Assembly (NCBI GenBank): GCA_007376195.1
Contig: VMFT01000002.1
Location: 1,273-65,272, forward strand
DNA: 64,000 nt
Origin: Parcubacteria group bacterium Gr01-1014_29
GTDB lineage: Bacteria; Patescibacteriota; Minisyncoccia; Ryanbacterales; 2-02-FULL-48-12
Direction: 5' to 3'
Both the position numbers and the translations under genes were made by a program. The notes below the pieces were generated by a model, which was not told where the DNA came from, did not search any database, and saw only the letters and a list, made by a program, of their open reading frames with translations. This document shows, one piece after another, positions 57,205 to 64,000 of the stretch. The first letter of the stretch is position 1. Every line of letters starts with the position of its first letter.

Positions 57205-57948
57205 ATGGAACGCGAACGTCCCTATCTCTCAATAATTGTTCCCACGTATAACGAGGAAAAACGCATTGAAAAAACGTTGCGGCGGCTTGATGAATATTTG
57301 CGGCAGCAATCGTATACATACGAAATTCTTGTGGTGGTTGACAATGCAACTGATAAAACTGCTGACATTGTACGCGGACTTGAGGTATCTATCCCACACA
57401 TGCGACTCTTGTGGAGGGATGTCAACTTCGGCAAGGGCGGTTCCGTGGTGCGCGGCATGGCGGAGGCAAAAGGCGAGATTCGGTTGTTTACCGATGCTGA
57501 CAATTCAACAGATATAACACACTTCGAAAAAATGAAACCGCTTTTTGATGAAGGATATGATATTGTTATTACGTCACGCAATCATTTAGACGCAGCGGGT
57601 GCAACCCAAGCCATATCTCAATCGTGGTTCAAACGCATCATGGGCATGGCAGGGAATATCTTTATTCAAGTTGTTGCCGTTCGGGGCATTTGGGACACAC
57701 AAAACGGTTTTAAAGCATTTCGTTTTTCCGTGGCACAGCGCATTTTTCCCCAGCTTGCGATTCATGGCTGGGGGTTTGACATTGAGATATTAGCGCTTGC
57801 GCGGGCAATGAACTCGCGTATCGGGATTATACCTGCGCATTGGATGAACGACGAAGAAAGCCATGTGCGCTTGATAAATTACTTTCAAGTTTTGTGGGAG
57901 ACGGTTCTTGTACGGTGGAATCTGATTACCGGGAAATATAAGATTTAA
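57205..57948 (+). CDS. GT2 glycosyltransferase (dolichyl-phosphate glucosyltransferase-like)
   Basis: IVPTYNEE, GKGG, FTDAD, DTQNGFK, FDIE. Confidence 0.9.
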   Translation: MERERPYLSIIVPTYNEEKRIEKTLRRLDEYLRQQSYTYEILVVVDNATDKTADIVRGLEVSIPHMRLLWRDVNFGKGGSVVRGMAEAKGEIRLFTDADNSTDITHFEKMKPLFDEGYDIVITSRNHLDAAGATQAISQSWFKRIMGMAGNIFIQVVAVRGIWDTQNGFKAFRFSVAQRIFPQLAIHGWGFDIEILALARAMNSRIGIIPAHWMNDEESHVRLINYFQVLWETVLVRWNLITGKYKI

Positions 57949-57955
57949 TTTTCTG

Positions 57956-58996
57956 ATGTTTTCCAGAAAAAAAACAGAAAAACACAGCGAGTTGGTTTCC
58001 GAACTCCGAAAAGACGCCGTATCTGGTGAATGGATACTAGTTGCCGCGGGCCGCTCAAAGCGTCCGGGCGAGTTTAATCGGCATAAACACAAGAAGCCGC
58101 AGCCGCAGAGCTCGTGTCCGTTTGAAGATACGCGTATTAATGGGGAAGATCCCTTACTATGGTATCCACATCCGGAGAGCGGCGTGAAAGATTCTCTAGA
58201 TGAATGGTTTGTGCAGGTGATAGCCAATAAATACCCTGCGCTCATGCCGCACGCGGATCGTACATGTGCTATGATAAGCGATACCGGACCGTATAAACGG
58301 ATGGACGGTGTTGGGTACCACGAGATTATTGTAACGCGCCCGCATGAACGAAGTCTTGGCGCTATGACAATAGACGAGGCGGGTCTTGTGATACGCGCGT
58401 ATCGCGAACGGTTTGCCGCGCTTAAAAAAGATCCTTGTGTGGCGTATATTTTAGTATTTCACAACGATGGTGAGGAAGCGGGCGCGTCAATTAGTCATCC
58501 TCATTCACAACTCATTGCGTTTCCCATTATTCCGCCCGACGTACAGCAAAGCATTCGCGGATCTACGGAGTTTTACAACGTGCACGACGCATGCATTCAC
58601 TGCCGTATGATTGCATGGGAGCTGGAAGACGGAGAACGCATAGTGTTTGAAAACGAGAAATTTATTGTAATAGCGCCGTATGCGTCGCGCGTATCGTTTG
58701 AATTGCGCATCTATCCACGTGAGCATGCTCCGCATTTTGACCTTATGCCCGAACCCCAGCTTGATCTTTTTGCCCAAGCGCTTACGGTTACTCTCAAAAA
58801 GTTGCAGGATGCTCTGGGAGACCCCGCGTATAACTTTTTTATCCATACAGCTCCCACAAACCAGCACGACGGCGAGTTTTATCATTGGCATTTGGAAATA
58901 CTTCCTAAGACGGCAGTGCCGGCCGGTCTGGAACTTGGCACGGGGGTTGATGTTGTGACGGTGGCACCGGAGGATGTGCCGGGGTTACTGACATGA
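57956..58996 (+). CDS. galT: Galactose-1-phosphate uridylyltransferase family
   Basis: ELRKD, CPF, NKYP, GASISHPHSQ. Confidence 0.9.
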   Translation: MFSRKKTEKHSELVSELRKDAVSGEWILVAAGRSKRPGEFNRHKHKKPQPQSSCPFEDTRINGEDPLLWYPHPESGVKDSLDEWFVQVIANKYPALMPHADRTCAMISDTGPYKRMDGVGYHEIIVTRPHERSLGAMTIDEAGLVIRAYRERFAALKKDPCVAYILVFHNDGEEAGASISHPHSQLIAFPIIPPDVQQSIRGSTEFYNVHDACIHCRMIAWELEDGERIVFENEKFIVIAPYASRVSFELRIYPREHAPHFDLMPEPQLDLFAQALTVTLKKLQDALGDPAYNFFIHTAPTNQHDGEFYHWHLEILPKTAVPAGLELGTGVDVVTVAPEDVPGLLT

Positions 58997-59009
58997 AAAT
59001 TCTTACGTT

Positions 59010-59609
59010 ATGAAATATAAACTGCCTCTCGTACATAGTTTGTATCATTGGACCTTGAAATGGGCAGCGCATCCGCACGCGGCGTGGATGCTTTTTTTGG
59101 TTGCATTTATTGAGAGTTCAGTATTTTTAATTCCGCCGGACGTATTGCTCATTCCCATGACACTTGCGGAGCCTCGAAAATGGTTCCGGTTTGCGCTCAT
59201 CACAACCAGCGCCTCTGTGCTGGGGGGTATAGCAGGCTATTATATCGGGTATGGTTTGTGGGAGACAGTAGGAAAACCCGTAATCGAGTTTTATAAATTT
59301 GAAGAAGCTATGATTGCTGTTGGGGCGCAGTATAGGGCAAATGCGTTTTGGGCAATTTTTACCGCAGCGCTCACCCCTATTCCGTATAAGGTATTTACTA
59401 TTTCAGCGGGTCTTTTTCATATACCATTAACAACACTGGTGGTCGCTTCCATTGTGGGGCGCGGTTTGCGTTTTTTCGCAGTGGGGTGGCTTATCAGAAC
59501 ATACGGTGATCCTATAAAAGTATTTATTGAAAAGTATTTTGATATACTTACCGTTGCTCTGGTTGTTTTATTGGTAGGCGGTTTTCTTGTCATACGATTT
59601 CTTATATAA
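59010..59609 (+). CDS. YqaA/DedA-family membrane protein
   Basis: FIESSVFLIPPD, TPIPYKVF, GRGLRF. Confidence 0.9.
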   Translation: MKYKLPLVHSLYHWTLKWAAHPHAAWMLFLVAFIESSVFLIPPDVLLIPMTLAEPRKWFRFALITTSASVLGGIAGYYIGYGLWETVGKPVIEFYKFEEAMIAVGAQYRANAFWAIFTAALTPIPYKVFTISAGLFHIPLTTLVVASIVGRGLRFFAVGWLIRTYGDPIKVFIEKYFDILTVALVVLLVGGFLVIRFLI

Positions 59610-59613
59610 AGAA

Positions 59614-60399
59614 ATGAAAAAACTTATTGTCGCAAACTGGAAGTGTAATCCCGCAACTTTGCGCCAAGCGCAGGAGTTGTTTCGCGCGACAATTAAGGCG
59701 GTCCCAAAAAGCAAAAATGTTAAGGTTGTTGTCTGTCCTCCTTCTGTGTATCTTTCAGGCTTCAGGTTTTCCGCCAAAGGCGGATCCGCCTTTGGCGGAC
59801 AAGTTTCAGGTCTTAAGCTCGGCGCCCAAGACGTGTTTTGGGAAGATACAGGAGCATATACGGGTGCGGTGGGTCCGCGGATGTTGAAGAGCGTCGGCGT
59901 GACATATGTCGTCATGGGGCATTCGGAGCGGAGAGAACAATTTGGCGATACGAACGAGTCGGTAAGAAAGAAAGTGGCGGCGGCTCTGAAAGGGGGCCTC
60001 TGCGTTATTGTATGCGTGGGCGAGAAAACGCGAGAAGCCGATGCGTCAGAATACGCGTTATATGTGAAGAAAGAGGTTGAAGAAGCTCTTCGCGGCATTT
60101 CAAAGGCGGCGCTGAAAAATGTGGTGGTGGCATACGAGCCGTTATGGGCTATTGGATCGGATGAGGCGGATACGCCGGAAAGCACGCTTGAGATGGCATT
60201 GTATATCCGCAAAATAATTGCTGGTATGTTTGGTAATGTAGTCGCGCAGAGTTTTCCCGTGCTCTATGGCGGATCGGTAAACATAGGAAACGCGCGCGCT
60301 TTTTTGCGAGATGGCGGCGTTGATGGTTTATTGGTAGGGAGGGCAAGTTTGGACTCAAAGGCGTTTGGGAAGATAGTTGAGGAAGCAAATGGTTTATAA
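59614..60399 (+). CDS. tpiA: Triosephosphate isomerase
   Basis: ANWK, GHSERR, AYEPLWAIG, LYGGSV. Confidence 0.96.
   Translation: MKKLIVANWKCNPATLRQAQELFRATIKAVPKSKNVKVVVCPPSVYLSGFRFSAKGGSAFGGQVSGLKLGAQDVFWEDTGAYTGAVGPRMLKSVGVTYVVMGHSERREQFGDTNESVRKKVAAALKGGLCVIVCVGEKTREADASEYALYVKKEVEEALRGISKAALKNVVVAYEPLWAIGSDEADTPESTLEMALYIRKIIAGMFGNVVAQSFPVLYGGSVNIGNARAFLRDGGVDGLLVGRASLDSKAFGKIVEEANGL
59770..59799. repeat. 30-bp perfect palindrome in frame inside tpiA
   Basis: TCCGCCAAAGGCGGATCCGCCTTTGGCGGA encoding SAKGGSAFGG. Confidence 0.9.
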
Positions 60400-60471
60400 A
60401 AATATAAAATGTAAATATCAAAATGTAAAATGATTCCGGTGCAACCGGAATAAAGTTCTAAAATCATCATT

Positions 60472-61602
60472 GTGCTCTCTCAAAAACTTCCCGTTTTTAA
60501 TAAATCAGTTACGGTATCCAACAAGCGTGTCATCGTGCGTGTTGATTTTAACGTGCCTCTTGAACATGGTGGTATTGCGGATGACTACCGCATCATAAAA
60601 ACACTTCCGCTGTTAGAGCAGCTCCGTAGCGGAGGCGCGCGCCTTGTGTTGTTGAGCCATCTTACGGAAAAAAAGGAACACCGGAGTTTTGCTGCTTTGG
60701 TGGATGAGCTCAACCGCATTGTGGGGTTAGGCATGGTGTTTGCAAAAAGTGTTGAGGAGGCTCGTCAGAACGGCGCAGATGTTGTGCTTCTTGAAAATCT
60801 CCGCGTGTTTCCGGGCGAAGAACGAAACGATGTTGTGTTTGCCGAAGAGCTTTCTACGCTCGGGGATATATTTATCAATGAAGGTTTTTCGCAATCGCAC
60901 CGGCCGTATGCAAGCATCATGCATCTTCCAAAACTTCTTCCGTCTTATGCCGGCCCCCTATTTTATGAAGAAGTGATGAAACTGGAAGAAGCGCTAAATC
61001 CCGAGCGGCCGTTTATGCTGGTGCTGGGCGGCGTAAAATTTGCGACGAAAGTCGGTGTGTTGGAGCACTTTATGAAAACTGCCGACAAGATTTTTGTGGG
61101 CGGCGCGCTTGCAAATACGTTTCTTGCCGCAAAGGGGCATCGGGTTGGCGCGTCCCCAGTAGAAAAGGACGCTTTTGAATACGTTCGCGAAATGTTTTTA
61201 AATTCTCCCAATCTTATGCTTCCTTCGGATGTGCGCGTGGGAGAGAATAAGACGTTAGGCATAGGGAATATAGGAGAACGGGATGTCGTATATGACATAG
61301 GTCCCGCATCGTCTGACGCTCTTGGGCGCGTTTTGGGAGATATGAAGATGATACTCTGGAACGGCCCGCTGGGGTGCGTGGAAGAGGGGTATGGCCAGGG
61401 AACGGCTAATCTCCTTTCTGTTCTTGCCGCAACCAAAGCAAAAGTAATAATTGGCGGTGGAGATACTCTGGCGGTTGTACGCAACCAAGGGTTGGAGAAC
61501 AGGTTTTACCATCTCTCCACAGGTGGCGGCGCTATGTTAGAATTTTTGGCGAAAGGCACGTTGCCTGGCATTGAAGCGATACTTGACAACACAAAAGACT
61601 AA
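60472..61602 (+). CDS. pgk: Phosphoglycerate kinase
   Basis: RVDFNVP, LLENLR, WNGPLG, GGGDT, STGGGA. Confidence 0.96.
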   Translation: MLSQKLPVFNKSVTVSNKRVIVRVDFNVPLEHGGIADDYRIIKTLPLLEQLRSGGARLVLLSHLTEKKEHRSFAALVDELNRIVGLGMVFAKSVEEARQNGADVVLLENLRVFPGEERNDVVFAEELSTLGDIFINEGFSQSHRPYASIMHLPKLLPSYAGPLFYEEVMKLEEALNPERPFMLVLGGVKFATKVGVLEHFMKTADKIFVGGALANTFLAAKGHRVGASPVEKDAFEYVREMFLNSPNLMLPSDVRVGENKTLGIGNIGERDVVYDIGPASSDALGRVLGDMKMILWNGPLGCVEEGYGQGTANLLSVLAATKAKVIIGGGDTLAVVRNQGLENRFYHLSTGGGAMLEFLAKGTLPGIEAILDNTKD

Positions 61603-61747
61603 AAAGTTTGTTGCGGTAGTATTCAAAGCTAGAATTCTGGCTTTTTTCTTTTTTCAAAAAAGAATGATATACTATACCTCATGCTGAATTTTTATATGTT
61701 GTTTTTCTTTTCCAGTCTCCAGTCTCTAATTTCCAGCCTCTAGTGTT

Positions 61748-62533
61748 ATGTGGTACAAAGACGCATCAGAATTTATGGCAGAAATGGGACACAACCGCGA
61801 CGGCACATGGTACCCGCGCGTGACAAAAATACTCGATGTAAAATCAAAACCGGCGCTTGAGATATTTATGCGCGAAGTCGGCAGTTATGAAGCGGCTGAA
61901 GACATCAAAAACAAATCGGCCGAGGAAGGGAGTTTGGTGCATGAAGTGGTGCAGAAGGTCGCCACCGGGAAGCCTGTGAATGTTCCCGCTTCCATTGCGC
62001 CTGCCGTAGCGGCGTTTCAGGATTTCGCATCAAAACGTGGCATTCAGATGCATCCTGATTTTATTGAATGGCCTGTCATTTCTTCGAAGAATAGGTACAC
62101 GGGTACGGTGGACGCGCTTGCCGAGATCGACAGTAAGTTCGGCGTGCTTGATATCAAAACATCCACCGGGTTTTATCGGGAATACAATCTGCAGACCGCG
62201 GCATATGTGTCGGCAATTCAGGAGCCGGATTCCATGCGTATTCTTGCTTTGCCGCGCCCCATAGAGACGCGCTGGATTTTGCGTGTAAACCAACACCGCA
62301 TCTGCACGAAATGCAAAGCTACGCTGCGCGAGAAAGGCGGGCGTAACAAAATTAGAAATGCTAACATTGCTTCGTCGTGCCCGGAAGACGCGCACGAGTG
62401 GGGAGAGGTAGAAGGAGATGTGGAGCTCAAAGAATTTCCATATTATTATGCTGATGTAAAAGCGTTTCTTGCCGCAAAAACGCTTTGGGAGTGGGAACAT
62501 AGTTACTGGTTGCGGCAGGTGGGATATCTTTAA
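61748..62533 (+). CDS. PD-(D/E)XK nuclease (phage exonuclease/RecB-like)
   Basis: YPRVTKIL, GSLVH, GTVD, LDIKTS, QTAAY. Confidence 0.8.
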   Translation: MWYKDASEFMAEMGHNRDGTWYPRVTKILDVKSKPALEIFMREVGSYEAAEDIKNKSAEEGSLVHEVVQKVATGKPVNVPASIAPAVAAFQDFASKRGIQMHPDFIEWPVISSKNRYTGTVDALAEIDSKFGVLDIKTSTGFYREYNLQTAAYVSAIQEPDSMRILALPRPIETRWILRVNQHRICTKCKATLREKGGRNKIRNANIASSCPEDAHEWGEVEGDVELKEFPYYYADVKAFLAAKTLWEWEHSYWLRQVGYL

Positions 62534-62576
62534 AAATAATGTTATAATTATGATTATAATGCAGGACGTTCCATTT

Positions 62577-62608
62577 CCATCCATCCATCCATCCATCCAT
62601 CCATCCAT
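62577..62608. repeat. (CCAT)8 microsatellite
   Basis: Eight perfect tetramers. Confidence 0.95.
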
Positions 62609-62644
62609 CATTCTAATGTAGAAGAAGCATTTTTGTGTGTACCG

Positions 62645-62667
62645 CACTGCTTTTCGCAGTGTTTTTT
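62645..62667 (+). terminator. Hairpin + T tract next to the RT stop codon
   Basis: CACTGC-TTTTC-GCAGTG-TTTTTT. Confidence 0.55.
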
Positions 62668-62668
62668 G

Positions 62669-63718
62669 TTATTCATGGAGCCAGAACCAGTATTGATTTT
62701 TTAGATCGTTGGTAAAGGCGTATGTATTGGCGTGAGAAAGTACCCCGAGATAAGATTGGAGAGATTGTTCGACGGCTTCGTAAGATATAATCCCTTGTTT
62801 ATGTTCACGAATGCGCCAAAAAAGTTTTTTGAGTATGCGCTTCTTGGTTTTTGTACGAAGTTGCTGATAATGCGGCAAAACAATATAGCCCAAAAAATCT
62901 ATGCCCTGATGAAATTTCCGAATCGTGACTTTGTTGGGATGCAGATTGAGAGTAAGGTTCTCTTTCAAAAACTTGCTGATTAATGGAATCAGGCCCTCAA
63001 GATAATTTCTATTATCAGAAACAACCACAAAATCATCCGTATAGCGAAGGTAGTTTTTTACTTTAAGCTCATGCTTCATAAATTGATCAAACTCATTCAT
63101 ATATACGTTCGCAAAGAGTTGCGATGTCAGATTTCCAATGGGTACACCTTTGCGTTCAAAAAAGTTGGAATATTTGGTAGTGAAGCTCTCTACAATCTCG
63201 GAGAGCAACCACACCGTGTCAGTATCTTTGATTCTTTTGCCAAGAATACGAAGCAGTACGCCATGGTCGATCGTATCAAAAAACTTTCTCACGTCGCATT
63301 TCAAGGCAAAAGATTTTTTGTGTCCATTGCCGCTAATCTTGCGAATGATGTTCGCAAGGGCCTTTATTCCTTTGTGGGTTCCTTTTCCAATGCGACAGGA
63401 AAAGGATTTTGCAATGAACGTGGGTTCAAAGATTGGATTGAGCATGGTAAAAATGGCGTGATGCAAGATCCGATCTCGCACCGTCGCCTTATGGATATGG
63501 CGAGGTTTTGGGTCCTTTATCCAAAAGCCGCTATAAGCGCCATGTTTGTATTGTTTTGTACGCAAGTCGCGATGCAGTGCAAAGATATTTTCCTCCAGTC
63601 GCCATTCAAATTCCTGCACGTCAATCCTATTCCGCTTATCGCTCTTAAAAGCGTCCCAGGCGGAAAAAAGATTTTCCAATGAGATTATTCGTTCGTAAAT
63701 ATTCTTATAAACTTTCAT
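62669..63718 (-). CDS. DGR-type reverse transcriptase
   Basis: PKPRHIHKATVRDRILHHA, GVPIGNLTSQLFAN, RYTDDF, GIDFLGY; about 349 aa with no obvious maturase or endonuclease extension. Confidence 0.9.
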   Translation of the reverse strand: MKVYKNIYERIISLENLFSAWDAFKSDKRNRIDVQEFEWRLEENIFALHRDLRTKQYKHGAYSGFWIKDPKPRHIHKATVRDRILHHAIFTMLNPIFEPTFIAKSFSCRIGKGTHKGIKALANIIRKISGNGHKKSFALKCDVRKFFDTIDHGVLLRILGKRIKDTDTVWLLSEIVESFTTKYSNFFERKGVPIGNLTSQLFANVYMNEFDQFMKHELKVKNYLRYTDDFVVVSDNRNYLEGLIPLISKFLKENLTLNLHPNKVTIRKFHQGIDFLGYIVLPHYQQLRTKTKKRILKKLFWRIREHKQGIISYEAVEQSLQSYLGVLSHANTYAFTNDLKNQYWFWLHE

Positions 63719-63725
63719 AATTATT

Positions 63726-64000
63726 ATGCAAGACCTTGATATACCAATCTTCAAAAAGACGTACGATTTGTACAACGAATTCTACGGTCTTCGCAATGGC
63801 GTTCCCAAGCAAGATAGATTTACCATTTGGCAGCGTTGCGAAAATCTTATTCTTGAGATTCTGGAGTATATCCTCGACGCAAGCCGACTCTCTAAAATAG
63901 AGAAGCTACCCATACTCCAAAAAGCGAGCACAAAACTTAACCTGCTCCGCGTATTCCTTCGGCTCTGCAAGGACACGAAGGTATTGGATAGCAAAAAGTA
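63726..64000 (+). CDS. avd: Avd-like four-helix-bundle DGR accessory protein (runs off the window)
   Basis: Own translation: MQDLDIPIFKKTYDLY...PKQDRFTIWQRCENLILEILE...KLNLLRVFLRLCKD; absent from the ORF track. Confidence 0.85.
   Translation, partial: MQDLDIPIFKKTYDLYNEFYGLRNGVPKQDRFTIWQRCENLILEILEYILDASRLSKIEKLPILQKASTKLNLLRVFLRLCKDTKVLDSKK

Noticed and set aside
61748-62533. Cas4 or DGR target gene
   Set aside because: No Cas4-type C-terminal Cys cluster, no cas context, no lectin-like C-terminus and no matching template repeat in the window.
62669-63718. Group II intron or retron RT
   Set aside because: Short protein with IGNLTSQ, an adjacent Avd-like gene, and no visible intron domain V/VI or retron VTG signature.

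Overview
Chromosomal window from a bacterium that looks like CPR/Patescibacteria (Parcubacteria-like). The evidence is inferential: no rpmD in the spc operon, core genes without Shine-Dalgarno (SD) motifs, and many apparently leaderless genes; TGA is used as stop (code 11). Positions 1-37 kb mix housekeeping genes (nrdAB, guaB-like, nth, cyclophilin, htrA, DEAD-box helicase, three tRNAs, rpmB) with accessory modules. These include six toxin-antitoxin (TA) pairs and a TerY-P-like operon (PP2C + kinase + vWA) with an embedded nicotinamidase-like gene. Positions 37.5-56 kb hold the str/S10/spc cluster, interrupted by a GxxExxY gene and an HTH-Fic gene. The window ends with tpiA/pgk, a PD-(D/E)XK nuclease and a DGR-type reverse transcriptase placed head-to-head with an avd-like gene that the ORF track missed. 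The strongest unexplained structures are three. (1) A family of 7-8-nt-periodic hairpins fills the intergenic gaps of operons and places stop and start codons next to each other; one copy carries a whole GxxExxY gene in its loop while sibling copies are empty. (2) Cargo, often TA pairs, repeatedly sits between duplicated copies of a host gene end, some synonymously recoded, including a 48-bp repeat that gives the DEAD-box helicase two alternative C-terminal tails. (3) Orphan tRNA 5' fragments flank an HTH/LAGLIDADG-like gene. All product calls come from motif recognition by eye; no database searches were run.
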